Positions 51,757-62,781 of a stretch of 64,000 bases of DNA are shown here, piece by piece. Both the position numbers and the translations under genes were made by a program. The DNA is from Eubacteriales bacterium. GTDB taxonomy: Bacteria; Bacillota; Clostridia; Oscillospirales; CAG-272. Position 1 is the first letter of the stretch; each line of letters opens with the position of its first letter. The notes beneath the pieces are model-generated. The model was given only the letters and a program-made list of their open reading frames with translations, did not search any database and was not told where the DNA came from. The stretch lies in NCBI GenBank assembly GCA_045603085.1, contig JAZULL010000033.1, positions 2,096 through 66,095 on the forward strand. Reading direction: 5' to 3'.

Positions 51757-54700
51757 ATGGTTTTCAGAGTTTACGTAGAGAAAAAGCAGGGACTTGATCA
51801 TGAGGCCGCCTCGCTTTGCCACGAGATCAACACCTTTCTTAGCATTGGCGCGCTGGAAAAGGTACGCGTGATCAACCGCTACGACGTGGAGAATGCCACC
51901 GAGGAGCTGTTTGATTATGCCACCCGCACCGTGCTGTCCGAGCCCCAGCTGGACAACGTGTCGGACAAGCTGGATGCCGACGGCGCGACTGTGTTTGCCG
52001 TGGAATATCTGCCCGGTCAGTATGACCAGCGAGCAGACAGCGCGGCGCAATGCATGCAGATCATTTCCTGCGGCGACCGCCCTACCGTGCGCACCGCAAA
52101 GGTCTATCTGCTTTACGGCGAGTTGACCGAGGCGCAGGTTGCGGCTATCAAAAAGCACGTCATCAACCCCGTGGAGAGCCGCGAGGCCACACTGGATAAG
52201 CCCGAAACGCTGGTCGCGCAGTTTGATATCCCTACCACCGTGGAGACCCTGCACGGCTTTTGCGAGATGGATGCGGATGCGCTGGCACAGTTTGTCAAGT
52301 CCTACGGCCTTGCCATGGATATGGACGATCTTGCCTTCTGCCGTGACTATTTTGTCAGCGAGCAGCGCGATCCCACCATCACCGAGATCCGCATGATCGA
52401 TACCTATTGGTCCGACCATTGCCGTCACACCACCTTCTTGACCGAGATCGGCCAGGTCACCATCGAGGATAAGGAGCTGGAGAGAGCATGCAAGATCTAC
52501 ATGAATATGAGAGAGCAGCTGGGCAGAACCCACAAGCCCATGACGCTGATGGACATTGCCACCATCGGCACGCGTTATCTCAAGGCAAACGGCAAGCTCC
52601 CGCGCATCGACGAATCCGAGGAGATCAATGCCTGCACCGTCAAGATCACGGTCAAGACCGAGGATGGCGACGAGCCCTGGCTGCTGCTGTTCAAGAATGA
52701 GACCCACAATCACCCCACCGAAATAGAGCCCTTTGGCGGCGCGGCCACCTGCATTGGCGGTGCGATCCGTGACCCGCTGTCGGGACGCTCCTACGTCTAT
52801 GCCGCCATGCGTGTTACCGGCGGTGCAGACCCCACCCGTGCACTTTCCGAAACGCTGCCCGGCAAGCTGCCCCAGAAAAAGCTGGACACCACCGCCGCCG
52901 CGGGATATTCGTCCTACGGTAACCAGATCGGTCTTGCTACCGGTCAGGTAGACGAGCTGTATCACGACGGCTATGCCGCAAAGCGCATGGAGATCGGCGC
53001 GGTCATCGCAGCCGCTCCCGCAGAGAACGTGCGCAGAGAAGTCCCCGCTCCCGAGGATATCGTCATCCTGCTTGGCGGCCGCACCGGTCGCGACGGCTGT
53101 GGCGGTGCTACCGGCTCCTCCAAGTCGCACACGCTGACCTCGCTGGAAAGCTGTGGTGCTGAGGTGCAGAAGGGTAACGCGCCCGAGGAGAGAAAGCTGC
53201 AAAGACTGTTCCGCAATCCCGAGGCCTCCCGTCTGATCAAGCGTTGTAACGACTTTGGTGCAGGCGGCGTATCGGTTGCCATCGGCGAGCTGGCAGACGG
53301 TCTGGAGATCGACCTGAACGCCGTGCCCAAGAAGTACGAGGGTCTGGACGGTACCGAGCTTGCCATCAGCGAAAGCCAGGAGAGAATGGCCGTGGTGGTT
53401 GCTCCCGAGGATGCCGACCGCTTCTGCGAGCTGGCACTTTCCGAGAACCTTGAGGCAACCCGCGTCGCCCGCGTCAAGGCCGATCCCAGACTGACTATGA
53501 CCTGGAACGGCAACGTGATCGTGGACCTCTCGCGCGAGTTCCTCAATTCCAACGGCGCCAAGAAGCAGATGGATATCACGCTGTCCAAGACAGAGTCCTT
53601 TGCCAAGGACATCCCCGCCGATTTCGAGGGCGGTATCAAGGCTCTGGCAGGCGATCTCAATATCTGCTCCCGCCGCGGTCTTTCCGAGCGTTTTGACTCC
53701 ACCATCGGCGCGGGCACGGTGCTCATGCCGTTTGGCGGCATGTATCAGCTCACCCCCATTCAGGCCATGGTGCATAAGGTTTCTGTGGAAAAGAAGCACA
53801 CCGATACCTGCTCCTATATGGCGTGGGGCTATAACCCCTTTATCGCAGAAAAATCTCCCTACCACAGCGCTTACCTTGCCGTGGTGGAATCTGTCTGTAA
53901 AATGGTTGCGCAGGGCGCGAAATTTGAAGACGTATATCTGACCTTCCAGGAGTATTTTGAAAAGCCCGGTCGCGACGGTCGCCGCTGGGGCAAGCCCATG
54001 GCGGCATTGCTTGGCGCGCTGATGGCGCAAAAGGACTTTGAGATCGCCTCGATCGGCGGTAAGGACTCCATGAGCGGCTCGTTTGACACGTTGGACGTGC
54101 CTCCCACGCTGGTATCCTTCGCGGTCACCACGGGAGACGCCTCCGAGGTCGTGGGCGGTGAGTTCAAGGGTGCCGGTCATAAGGTCGTGCTGCTGACTCC
54201 CGAGATGGGCGAGAACGGCTTGCCCGTCGCCGAGAGCGTCAAGGCACTCTTTGATACCGTGCATAACGGCATGAAGTCCGGTAAGGTACTGGCCGCATGG
54301 ACACCTACGCTTGGCGGCGTTGCCGAGGGCGTGCTCAAGATGTGCCTGGGTAACGGCATCGGCTTTGCATTTGCCGACGGTGTTTCTCTTGAAACGATTT
54401 TCGGTTATAATTACGGCGGCTTTATCTTGGAGCTTGCCGAGGGTGCGGAGATCGACGGCGTACTGCTGGGTCACACCACGGCTAAGGCCGAGATCACTTA
54501 CGGCGAGAGCGCAGTTTGCCTGAACGCTCTGCTTGACGTTTACGAAAACAAGCTGGAGAGCGTATATTCCTGCAATATCGAGCATAGTCACGGCGCACTG
54601 CCCACCGTCGCTTACACAGGCGGCTGTGCGGCAAAGGCTCCCGCTATCCTGACGGCTAAGCCGCAGGTGATTATTCCCGTATTCCCCGGTACAAACTGTG

Positions 54701-55458
54701 AATATGACAGCGCAAAGGCGTTTGCCGATGCGGGCGCAGAAGCAAAGATCTTTGTTATCAATAACCTGACCGGTCAGGGCATTGAACGCTCGGTCGAGCA
54801 GTTTGCAAAGCTGTGCCGCGATTCGCAGATCATCTTCCTGCCCGGTGGATTCTCGGGCGGCGACGAGCCCGACGGCTCGGGCAAGTTCATTACCTCCTTC
54901 TTCCGTAACGCGCAGGTCAAGGAGCAGGTCAGCGATCTGCTTGATAACCGCGACGGTCTGATGGCGGGTATCTGTAACGGCTTCCAGGCGCTGATCAAGC
55001 TGGGTCTGGTTCCTTACGGCAAGATCATCGACACCGATGAAAATTGCCCGACCCTGACCTACAATACCATCGGCAGACACCAGTCGCGCGTGGTGCGCAC
55101 CCGTATCTGTTCCAACCTCTCTCCTTGGTTGCAGGGTGTCAAGGTGGGCGACGTGGTCAACGTACCCATCTCGCACGGTGAGGGTCGCTTCCTGTGCTCC
55201 GAGGAGCTGGCCGCACAGCTTGCCGTAAACGGACAGATCGCTACGCAGTACGTGGATGAGCAGGGAATTGTCACCGCCGACGTGCGCTGCAACCCCAATA
55301 ACTCGGTCTTCGCCGTTGAGGGTATCACCTCGCCCGATGGCAGAGTGTTTGGTAAAATGGGTCACTCCGAGCGAGTCGGCTCGCACCTGTACCGCAACGT
55401 ACCGGGTAGCTTTGATATTGGCATGTTTGCAAGTGCCGTCAAGTATTTCAAGGGTTAA
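51757..55458 (+). CDS. purL: Phosphoribosylformylglycinamidine synthase, single-chain large form (synthetase plus glutaminase)
   Basis: AAGGAGG RBS before the ATG at 51757; track start 51613 trimmed. ETHNHPTEIEPFGGAATCIGG; C-terminal GATase with GICNGFQAL and PISHGEGRF. Confidence 0.95.
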   Translation: MVFRVYVEKKQGLDHEAASLCHEINTFLSIGALEKVRVINRYDVENATEELFDYATRTVLSEPQLDNVSDKLDADGATVFAVEYLPGQYDQRADSAAQCMQIISCGDRPTVRTAKVYLLYGELTEAQVAAIKKHVINPVESREATLDKPETLVAQFDIPTTVETLHGFCEMDADALAQFVKSYGLAMDMDDLAFCRDYFVSEQRDPTITEIRMIDTYWSDHCRHTTFLTEIGQVTIEDKELERACKIYMNMREQLGRTHKPMTLMDIATIGTRYLKANGKLPRIDESEEINACTVKITVKTEDGDEPWLLLFKNETHNHPTEIEPFGGAATCIGGAIRDPLSGRSYVYAAMRVTGGADPTRALSETLPGKLPQKKLDTTAAAGYSSYGNQIGLATGQVDELYHDGYAAKRMEIGAVIAAAPAENVRREVPAPEDIVILLGGRTGRDGCGGATGSSKSHTLTSLESCGAEVQKGNAPEERKLQRLFRNPEASRLIKRCNDFGAGGVSVAIGELADGLEIDLNAVPKKYEGLDGTELAISESQERMAVVVAPEDADRFCELALSENLEATRVARVKADPRLTMTWNGNVIVDLSREFLNSNGAKKQMDITLSKTESFAKDIPADFEGGIKALAGDLNICSRRGLSERFDSTIGAGTVLMPFGGMYQLTPIQAMVHKVSVEKKHTDTCSYMAWGYNPFIAEKSPYHSAYLAVVESVCKMVAQGAKFEDVYLTFQEYFEKPGRDGRRWGKPMAALLGALMAQKDFEIASIGGKDSMSGSFDTLDVPPTLVSFAVTTGDASEVVGGEFKGAGHKVVLLTPEMGENGLPVAESVKALFDTVHNGMKSGKVLAAWTPTLGGVAEGVLKMCLGNGIGFAFADGVSLETIFGYNYGGFILELAEGAEIDGVLLGHTTAKAEITYGESAVCLNALLDVYENKLESVYSCNIEHSHGALPTVAYTGGCAAKAPAILTAKPQVIIPVFPGTNCEYDSAKAFADAGAEAKIFVINNLTGQGIERSVEQFAKLCRDSQIIFLPGGFSGGDEPDGSGKFITSFFRNAQVKEQVSDLLDNRDGLMAGICNGFQALIKLGLVPYGKIIDTDENCPTLTYNTIGRHQSRVVRTRICSNLSPWLQGVKVGDVVNVPISHGEGRFLCSEELAAQLAVNGQIATQYVDEQGIVTADVRCNPNNSVFAVEGITSPDGRVFGKMGHSERVGSHLYRNVPGSFDIGMFASAVKYFKG

Positions 55459-55479
55459 TTGATAGGAGGAAGATAGATT

Positions 55480-56982
55480 ATGGCATATTTTTATCCCGAA
55501 GCATCTCATACGTTTAATGAATATCTGTTAGTTCCCGGCTACTCGGGCCCCGATTGCATCCCCACCAACGTTTCTCTGCGCACCCCTCTGGTTCGCTACA
55601 GAAAGGGTGAGCAGCCTGCAATTGCGATGAATATTCCCATGGTTTCGGCCATTATGCAGTCTGTTTCCGGCGATAAGCTGGCAATTGCACTTGCCAAGGA
55701 GGGCGGTGTGTCCTTCATTTACGGCGCGCAGACCATCGAGGACGAGGCGGCTATGGTTGCCCGCGTCAAGGGTCACAAGGCAGGCTTTGTCCGCAGTGAT
55801 TCCAACATCCGTCCCGATCAGACGCTGGCAGACATTCTGGAGCTCAAGGCCAAGACCGGCCACTCCACCGTGGCTGTGACCGATGACGGTACGGGCACCG
55901 GCAAGCTGCTTGGTATCGTCACCGGCAGAGACTACCGCGTCAGCCGCATGTCTCCCGATCTCAAGGTCGAGGCGTTCATGACCCCCCTTGCAAAGCTGAT
56001 CACCGCGCCCGAGGGAACTACCCTGAAGGCCGCAAACGACATTATCTGGGATCATAAGCTCAACTCCCTGCCCATCGTGGACAAGGACGGCAAGCTTGTC
56101 GCATTCGTATTCCGCAAGGACTACGACACCCATAAGCAGAACCCGGGCGAGTTGCTGGACGAGCACAAGAGATACGTGGTCGGCGCAGGTATCAATACCC
56201 GCGACTATGCACAGCGTGTTCCCGCACTTGTACAGGCCGGTGCAGACGTTCTGTGCATCGACTCCTCCGAGGGCTTCTCGGCTTGGCAGGAGCAGACCAT
56301 TGCATGGATCAGAGAGAATTACGGCGACAGCGTCAAGGTGGGCGCGGGCAACGTGGTTGACCGCGAGGGCTTCAGATTCCTTGCCGATTGCGGTGCAGAC
56401 TTTATCAAGGTCGGTATCGGCGGCGGCTCGATCTGTATCACCAGAGAGACCAAGGGCATCGGCCGCGGTCAGGCAACTGCGCTGATCGAGGTCTGCAAGG
56501 CCCGTGACGAATATTTCGAGGAAACCGGCATTTACGTTCCCGTCTGCTCGGACGGCGGTATCGTGCATGACCACCACATCACGCTGGCTCTGGCCATGGG
56601 TGCGGACTTTGTCATGCTGGGCAGATACTTTGCAAGATTTGAGGAATCCCCCAGCGCAAAGGTCAACGTGGGCGGCACGCTGATGAAGGAATATTGGGGC
56701 GAGGGCTCCAACCGCGCCCGTAACTGGCAGAGATACGATCTGGGCGGCGCAACCAAGCTGTCCTTTGAGGAGGGTGTTGACTCCTACGTTCCTTACGCGG
56801 GCAAGCTGTCCGACAACGTACAGACCACGCTGTATAAGGTCAAGTCCACCATGTGCAACTGCGGCGCGCTGACCATTCCCGAGCTGCAGCAAAAGGCCAA
56901 GCTGACCCTTGTATCCTCCACCAGTATCGTCGAGGGCGGTGCACACGACGTTGTGGTCAAGACCTCCAACAAGCAAGTGTAA
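55480..56982 (+). CDS. guaB: IMP dehydrogenase (with CBS pair)
   Basis: [11 protein letters not shown], a CBS-like insert, [18 protein letters not shown] catalytic loop, [14 protein letters not shown]. Confidence 0.85.
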   Translation: MAYFYPEASHTFNEYLLVPGYSGPDCIPTNVSLRTPLVRYRKGEQPAIAMNIPMVSAIMQSVSGDKLAIALAKEGGVSFIYGAQTIEDEAAMVARVKGHKAGFVRSDSNIRPDQTLADILELKAKTGHSTVAVTDDGTGTGKLLGIVTGRDYRVSRMSPDLKVEAFMTPLAKLITAPEGTTLKAANDIIWDHKLNSLPIVDKDGKLVAFVFRKDYDTHKQNPGELLDEHKRYVVGAGINTRDYAQRVPALVQAGADVLCIDSSEGFSAWQEQTIAWIRENYGDSVKVGAGNVVDREGFRFLADCGADFIKVGIGGGSICITRETKGIGRGQATALIEVCKARDEYFEETGIYVPVCSDGGIVHDHHITLALAMGADFVMLGRYFARFEESPSAKVNVGGTLMKEYWGEGSNRARNWQRYDLGGATKLSFEEGVDSYVPYAGKLSDNVQTTLYKVKSTMCNCGALTIPELQQKAKLTLVSSTSIVEGGAHDVVVKTSNKQV

Positions 56983-57003
56983 GAATAAAGGAGAAATACC
57001 GAC

Positions 57004-58677
57004 ATGATGACTGATATTGAAATTGCCCAGAGCATAAAGATGCAACCCATCACCGAGGTTGCAAAGACCGCAGGTATTCCCGAGGAATATCTTGAGCAGT
57101 ACGGCAGATATAAGGCCAAGGTGGACTACACCGCGCTCATGAATGCCACCGATAAGAAGGACGGTAAGCTGATTCTGGTGACCGCTATCACCCCCACCCC
57201 CGCAGGCGAGGGTAAGACTACCACCACCATCGGTCTTGCTGACGGCATGAGAAAGATCGGCAAGAACGTTATGGTTGCACTTCGCGAGCCCTCGTTGGGC
57301 CCTGTATTCGGCGTCAAGGGCGGCGCGGCAGGCGGCGGATATGCGCAGGTCGTTCCCATGGAGGATATCAACCTGCACTTTACCGGCGACTTCCACGCCA
57401 TCGGTGCTGCAAACAATCTGCTGGCTGCAATGCTGGATAACCACATCTATCAGGGCAACGCTCTGAATATCGACCCCAGACGCATCACCTGGAAGAGATG
57501 CGTGGACATGAATGACAGACAGCTCCGCTTTGTTGTGGACGGCCTTGGCGGCAGAGTCAACGGCACGCCCCGCGAGGACGGCTACGATATCACGGTTGCC
57601 TCCGAGATCATGGCTGTGTTCTGTCTGGCATCCTCGATTGAGGATCTTAAGGCAAGACTTTCCCGCATCATCGTAGCATACACCTATGACCAGAAGCCGG
57701 TCACCGCAGGTGACCTCAAGGCTGTTGGTGCTATGGCGGCACTTCTCAAGGACGCCATCAAGCCCAACTTAGTGCAGACCCTGGAGGGCACTCCCGCGCT
57801 GGTACACGGCGGTCCTTTTGCAAACATTGCGCACGGCTGTAACTCCATTATGGCCACCAAGCTGGCTATGAAGCTGGGAGACTACACCGTCACAGAGGCA
57901 GGCTTTGGCGCAGATCTGGGTGCTGAAAAGTTCCTGGATATCAAGTGCCGTATGGCAGGACTTACACCCGACGCAGTTGTCGTGGTTGCTACCATCCGCG
58001 CACTCAAGATGCACGGCGGTCTTGCAAAGACCGAGCTGGGTACCGAAAATCTTGAAGCACTCGGCAAGGGTCTGCCCAACCTGCTGCGTCACGTTTCCAA
58101 CATCAAGAACGTATATAAGCTGCCCTGCGTGGTAGCCGTGAACCGTTTCCCCACCGACACCGATGCAGAGGTTGAGGAGATCATCCGCAAGTGCCGGGAG
58201 CTTGGTGTCAACGTCGTTCTGTCCGAGGTTTGGGCAAAGGGCGGTGAAGGCGGTGTTGCGCTGGCTACCGAGGTTGTCAGACTTTGCGAGGAGGAGCAGG
58301 GCGATTTCACCTTCTCTTACGAGCTTGACGGCAGCATTCAGGATAAGATCGAGGCCGTTGTCAAGAAGGTCTACGGCGGCGCAGGCGTTTCGGTACTGCC
58401 CGCAGCGCAGAAGCAGATCGCAGAGCTGACCGCCCTTGGCTTTGACAAGTGCCCCATCTGCGTGGCCAAGACCCAGTATTCCTTCTCGGATGATATGACC
58501 AAGCTGGGCGCGCCCGAGAACTTTACCGTCACGGTCAAGAACGTCAAGGTCTCCGCAGGCGCAGGCTTTGTCGTCGTCCTGACCGGCGACATCATGACCA
58601 TGCCGGGTCTGCCCCGCGTTCCCGCGGCTGAAAAGATCGACGTGGACGCAAACGGCACCATTACCGGTTTGTTCTGA
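57004..58677 (+). CDS. fhs: Formate--tetrahydrofolate ligase
   Basis: DIEIAQ...[17 protein letters not shown]...[11 protein letters not shown]...[10 protein letters not shown]. Length 557 aa. Confidence 0.95.
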   Translation: MMTDIEIAQSIKMQPITEVAKTAGIPEEYLEQYGRYKAKVDYTALMNATDKKDGKLILVTAITPTPAGEGKTTTTIGLADGMRKIGKNVMVALREPSLGPVFGVKGGAAGGGYAQVVPMEDINLHFTGDFHAIGAANNLLAAMLDNHIYQGNALNIDPRRITWKRCVDMNDRQLRFVVDGLGGRVNGTPREDGYDITVASEIMAVFCLASSIEDLKARLSRIIVAYTYDQKPVTAGDLKAVGAMAALLKDAIKPNLVQTLEGTPALVHGGPFANIAHGCNSIMATKLAMKLGDYTVTEAGFGADLGAEKFLDIKCRMAGLTPDAVVVVATIRALKMHGGLAKTELGTENLEALGKGLPNLLRHVSNIKNVYKLPCVVAVNRFPTDTDAEVEEIIRKCRELGVNVVLSEVWAKGGEGGVALATEVVRLCEEEQGDFTFSYELDGSIQDKIEAVVKKVYGGAGVSVLPAAQKQIAELTALGFDKCPICVAKTQYSFSDDMTKLGAPENFTVTVKNVKVSAGAGFVVVLTGDIMTMPGLPRVPAAEKIDVDANGTITGLF

Positions 58678-58690
58678 TTCTTTTGAAAAT

Positions 58691-58731
58691 AAAAAGCACG
58701 GAGCGCCGAAACGGCGCTCCGTGCTATTTTT
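58691..58731. terminator. Bidirectional terminator between fhs and the convergent ECF S-component gene
   Basis: AAAAAGCACGGAGCGCC-gaaac-GGCGCTCCGTGCTATTTTT, a 13-bp GC-rich stem. Confidence 0.85.
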
Positions 58732-59344
58732 ACTGTTGCGCTTCGGGGGCTTGCCCGGCGCTCTTTTTTCCAATGTTCAGAATGCGCAGGATTGTGGGGC
58801 TTAGTACGATGTTGGCCAACAGCTCAAACACGAAATTGAGGCCCACGAAGAACACGATCATGTAAGCGAAAACCGACAGCCCCTTGTCAGCGGCACCGCT
58901 TTGCACGGCGTCGAAGAAAAAGAGTCTGCAGCCCAGCAGAAAGATGCCCGTGTTGACGACGGGACACACGATCGCGCTGACCATGACCGCCAGGTATTGA
59001 TTGACCTTTTCAAGCAGCTTGTAAGCAAAGCCTGCACAAAGGCCGGAAACTGCACCCTTGACCAGCACTGTGATGATCGTGCCGGGGATACTCAGGCCAA
59101 ACCAGAAAGCTGCATCGACTGTAGCGAAGAACACCGCTCCTGCCACGCCGCCCAGCCATGCACCTGCCCAAGGGCCGCACAAGGCACTTCCGATGACGAC
59201 CGGGATCAGGGTCAGGGAAATTGACGCCAATCCTCCGATCTTGATAAAGCCGCCGAAATAGGCCAAAACGGCCACAACGGCAGTCAGCAGTGCCAACAGC
59301 ACAAGCTGTTTGACTTTCTGCCTTGAATTGGTTTTACTTTGCAT
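58730..59344 (-). CDS. ECF-transporter S (substrate-specific) component. Pantothenate-type (PanT) is suspected only from its linkage to coaX.
   Basis: AAGGAGG RBS before the ATG at 59344. ~6 TM helices, Gly/Ala-rich. Located downstream of coaX on the same strand. Confidence 0.65.
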   Translation of the reverse strand: MQSKTNSRQKVKQLVLLALLTAVVAVLAYFGGFIKIGGLASISLTLIPVVIGSALCGPWAGAWLGGVAGAVFFATVDAAFWFGLSIPGTIITVLVKGAVSGLCAGFAYKLLEKVNQYLAVMVSAIVCPVVNTGIFLLGCRLFFFDAVQSGAADKGLSVFAYMIVFFVGLNFVFELLANIVLSPTILRILNIGKKSAGQAPEAQQ

Positions 59345-59422
59345 AAATCCTCCTTGCTGTCGTCCGCAAAAGCGGTACAACGCATAAATTTATATTGACT
59401 GCCATGCAGTAATATACTTGAG

Positions 59423-60190
59423 TCAGGTGTGATTTTTCTGATACAGAATGTGTAGGCCCTTGAGAATGAGTGTTTCATCCACGTGGATCGTATGCTCGCA
59501 CAACGGAATGACGGTGGATGCCATGCCGCCCGTAGCCAGGAGAAGCAGATCCTTGTCAAGCTCACGGTGAATGCGGTCGATCATGCCGTCGATCATGCTC
59601 GCGTTACCGAACAGTACGCCGGATCTCATGCTGTCCACCGTGTTTTTGGCAATGACCTTGCCGGGTGTTTCCAGGCTGATCTTGGGCAACTGCGCGGTCT
59701 GCTCGGCCAGGGCGTTCAGTCCCATGTGGATGCCCGGGATGATCGAAGCACCGATAAAGGTGCCATGCTCGTCCACGACCGACAGCTTGGTGGCTGTGCC
59801 GATATCAATGATCAGGCAGGGGCTTTGGTAAAGGTAATGTGCTGCAACCGCCGAGGCGATCAGATCCGCGCCAACCGAGGAGGGCATATCGCAGCGAATG
59901 CAAATGCCGCTTTTGATGCCCGGGCCGACCGTGAGCGGCTCTTGCCCGAACAGAAAGCGCAGGGCCTGCTTGACCGTTTCGTTCAAAGGGGGAACGACCG
60001 AGGAAATGATAGCACCGCGCACGCTGTGCTTGTCAATGCCGTGCAGCGCAAGCGCACCCGAAATCCGCATGGCATATTCGTCCTGTGTTGCGCGCAGATC
60101 CGTGGATAAGCGGGAAACGAACCTCAGCTCGTCCCGGTCAAATCCGCCAAGCGCGATGCTGGTGTTGCCAATGTCGATTGCGAGAATCAT
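59423..60190 (-). CDS. coaX: Type III pantothenate kinase
   Basis: MILAIDIGNTSIALG...IIDIGTATK...ATGGMA. Confidence 0.92.
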   Translation of the reverse strand: MILAIDIGNTSIALGGFDRDELRFVSRLSTDLRATQDEYAMRISGALALHGIDKHSVRGAIISSVVPPLNETVKQALRFLFGQEPLTVGPGIKSGICIRCDMPSSVGADLIASAVAAHYLYQSPCLIIDIGTATKLSVVDEHGTFIGASIIPGIHMGLNALAEQTAQLPKISLETPGKVIAKNTVDSMRSGVLFGNASMIDGMIDRIHRELDKDLLLLATGGMASTVIPLCEHTIHVDETLILKGLHILYQKNHT

Positions 60191-60317
60191 AGCACCCCTC
60201 CTTATTTGTGCGGTTGTTTTCTGTGTGCATTATAGCATATGCTCGGCGAAAAATCAATAGCGGTGACCGAATTTCCATGCGATCGGCACAAGTTTAACGT
60301 TTTTCGATAAAATTCGA

Positions 60318-60346
60318 TTGACAAACGAATGGGTGTATAGTATAAT
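60318..60346 (+). promoter_or_regulatory. Consensus promoter of the HTH/M14 operon
   Basis: TTGACA (60318-60323), 17-nt spacer, TATAAT (60341-60346). Confidence 0.7.
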
Positions 60347-60378
60347 ATAATATAAATGTAGGGAACGGAGGATGGAGT

Positions 60379-60588
60379 ATGATCGTTATCAGACTCGACC
60401 GCGTCATGGCGGACAGAAAAATCAAATCGGGGGAGCTTGCCGAGCGTGTGGGCATCTCCTCGGTCAATCTTTCCAAGCTCAAAACCGGGAGAGTCAGTGC
60501 CGTCAGGTTTTCCACGCTGGAGGCCATCTGCCGCGAGCTGAATTGCCAGCCCGGCGACATCCTGGAATACAGGGAGGATGACCAATGA
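60379..60588 (+). CDS. Small XRE/Cro-type HTH transcriptional regulator (YozG-like)
   Basis: MIVIRLDRVMADRKIKSGELAERVGISSVNLSKLKTGRVSAVRFSTLEAICRELNCQPGDILEY. Confidence 0.85.
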   Translation: MIVIRLDRVMADRKIKSGELAERVGISSVNLSKLKTGRVSAVRFSTLEAICRELNCQPGDILEYREDDQ

Positions 60589-61763
60589 AAAATCCGATTC
60601 TGCGGCTTTTGTGTGCCGCTGTCTGTCTTGTGCTGCTTGCATGCGCGGTTTCCTGCGAAACCGCGGGCGGAGCGGATACCGAGGACTCACAGAGCTCTGA
60701 GTCGGTGACCACCGTGTCGCCTGAGCCCCCTTCAGGCGAGCAGACCACCACCGAGCCCGCTCCCGATACCGAGCAGACCACCACGGCCCCCGTCGCGCCG
60801 GGTGAGGTCATCGTCACCCCCAACGACAAGGGCTACACCTATCCCATGCTGGTCGAGGACCTGGCCGCCCTTGAAGCCGCCTATGGCGACAAGTTTGCCT
60901 ATGAGAGCATCGGCAAGAGCGTGGACGGCCGCGAAATCTATGCATGCATAGTCGGCAACCCCGGTGCCCCTCGCAAGATCATGATCACGGGCGGCATCCA
61001 CGGCAGGGAATATCTGAGCAGCCTGTTGGTCATGATGCAGATCGAGCACTATCTTTCCTGCTATACCGTGGGTAAGTACAACGGCCTTGCCTATTACGAT
61101 ATGTTCAAGGAATATGCATTTTATATCCTCCCCATGATCAATCCGGACGGCGTCATGCTGGCCCTGGAGGGAATCGAATCGGTGCAGAGTCCCGAGGTGA
61201 GAGAGACGCTGGAGGAGATCTATGCCGACAATCTGCGCGACGGCCTGACCGGCGCGGAGGACATCAACGACTATTTCGCGTATAACTGGAAATCCAATGC
61301 CAACGGCGTGGATCTCAACCGCAATTTTGCACTCTCCAACTGGCGCGACGTCACCACGGGTATCATGTCCCCCTGCTTCCGCAATTATAAAGGTCCGAGT
61401 GCCGCATCCGAGCCCGAAACAAAGGCGGTCAGCGCATGGGTGCAGTCGCTTGGCGGGATCGAGGGCATGCTGGCCTTCCATACCGCAGGGCAGGTGGTGT
61501 ATTGGGATTGTGGCATGAGCGGTGCCGTCCGGCAGGAAACGTCGGATCTTGCGCGCGCGGTCTGCGACCATACGGGGTATAAATTCATCTACGATAAGCA
61601 TCTGGATGCATCTCTGAACGACTGGATGACGCTGGAGCTCGGTATCCCCACCGTCACGGTCGAGCTGGCCGAGGTGATCTATCCCATGCCGCCAAGCCAG
61701 ATCGATCAGGCCTGGGAGCAGGCAAGGGAGCTGTGGGTGGTCACGGCGCAGTTCTTTGGTTAA
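60585..61763 (+). CDS. M14-family zinc carboxypeptidase lipoprotein (gamma-D-glutamyl-meso-DAP peptidase-like)
   Basis: Lipobox LLACAVSC, a low-complexity T/E/P linker, then ITGGIHGREYLSS (HxxE), NPDG and VDLNRNF. ATGA overlap with the HTH gene. Confidence 0.85.
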   Translation: MKNPILRLLCAAVCLVLLACAVSCETAGGADTEDSQSSESVTTVSPEPPSGEQTTTEPAPDTEQTTTAPVAPGEVIVTPNDKGYTYPMLVEDLAALEAAYGDKFAYESIGKSVDGREIYACIVGNPGAPRKIMITGGIHGREYLSSLLVMMQIEHYLSCYTVGKYNGLAYYDMFKEYAFYILPMINPDGVMLALEGIESVQSPEVRETLEEIYADNLRDGLTGAEDINDYFAYNWKSNANGVDLNRNFALSNWRDVTTGIMSPCFRNYKGPSAASEPETKAVSAWVQSLGGIEGMLAFHTAGQVVYWDCGMSGAVRQETSDLARAVCDHTGYKFIYDKHLDASLNDWMTLELGIPTVTVELAEVIYPMPPSQIDQAWEQARELWVVTAQFFG

Positions 61764-61772
61764 ATTATACAA

Positions 61773-61809
61773 ACGGCGATTTACATTTGTGTGCAAATCG
61801 CCGTCTTTT
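61773..61809 (+). terminator. Rho-independent terminator after the M14 gene
   Basis: ACGGCGATTT-(12 nt)-AAATCGCCGT followed by CTTTT. Confidence 0.7.
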
Positions 61810-61923
61810 GCACAAAACAGCAAGATATGTCCGTTCTACGCCTATGATTGTCTTGAAAGTCCGCACCTTTTGTCTTATAATTAAGAAAAATGGGATGAAA
61901 TATCCCGTCAATGGAGGTGCACT

Positions 61924-62742
61924 ATGGCATTACCGGTAGCGGTACAGGTGTATTCGGTCAGAGATGACGCTGCGGCGGATTTTCCGGGTACGCTCAAGAA
62001 AATCAAGGAAATGGGCTATGACGGCGTGGAGTTTGCGGGCCTTTACGGCTATGCACCCGCCGAGATCAAAAAGATGTGCGAGGATCTGGATCTTGTTCCG
62101 ATCTCTGCGCACGTGCCGTATTACGATATGCTGGCCGACCCCGAGGGGGTGCTGGGTCAGTATGCCGAGATTGGATGCAAGTTCGTTGCCATTCCGTATC
62201 TGACCCCCGAGTGCCGTCCCGGCACCGACGGCTTTGCCAAGGTGGTTGAGAACGCACTTGCGCTTGGTAAGGTTGCAAAGTCGATGGGCATGCAGATGCT
62301 GTACCACAATCACGACTTTGAGTTTGACAAGATCGACGGCAAGTACGCGCTGGACGTATTGTACGATACCGTTCCTGCAGAATACCTGCAGACCGAGCTG
62401 GATACCTGCTGGGTCAACGTCGGCGGTGAGAACCCCGCGGACTATATCAAGAAGTACAGCGGCCGTTCTCCCGTCGTTCACCTCAAGGATTTCGTAGGCG
62501 GCAAATCGGATAATATGTACGAGCTGATCGGCATCGAGTCCGAAAAGAAGGAGAGCGAGGTACAGGCGTTTGAATTCCGTCCCGTCGGCTCGGGCTGTCA
62601 GGATTTCCCCGGCATTCTCGCGGCCTCCGAGGCGGCAGGTGCTGTGTGGGTCGTGGTCGAGCAGGACCAGCCCTCCATGGGTCTTACTCCTTTGGAGAGC
62701 ATTGAAAAGAGCAGAAACTATTTGCGCACGTTGGGTTATTGA
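61924..62742 (+). CDS. Sugar-phosphate isomerase/epimerase (xylose-isomerase-like TIM barrel)
   Basis: LKKIKEMGYDGVEFAG...HNHDFEF...DTCW...HLKD pattern. Length 272 aa. Confidence 0.8.
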   Translation: MALPVAVQVYSVRDDAAADFPGTLKKIKEMGYDGVEFAGLYGYAPAEIKKMCEDLDLVPISAHVPYYDMLADPEGVLGQYAEIGCKFVAIPYLTPECRPGTDGFAKVVENALALGKVAKSMGMQMLYHNHDFEFDKIDGKYALDVLYDTVPAEYLQTELDTCWVNVGGENPADYIKKYSGRSPVVHLKDFVGGKSDNMYELIGIESEKKESEVQAFEFRPVGSGCQDFPGILAASEAAGAVWVVVEQDQPSMGLTPLESIEKSRNYLRTLGY

Positions 62743-62781
62743 CGTGGCACTACAATAATAATATAAGCGGAGGATATTACC

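Noticed and set aside
51589-55509. 1306-aa ORF antisense to purL
   Set aside because: It is a codon-aligned antisense shadow: 55507 and 51757 are both 1 mod 3. purL homology on the plus strand is unambiguous.
55528-57444. 638-aa ORF antisense to guaB and fhs. Similarly 61930-63999 (689 aa), 49241-50557, 46212-47219, 44795-45898, 37497-38795, 38883-39566, 30813-31661 and others.
   Set aside because: For those I checked (55528-57444 against guaB/fhs, and 61930-63999 against the isomerase/oxidoreductase), the frames are codon-aligned with the real genes on the other strand. The opposite-strand products have strong family motifs, and these ORFs have none.
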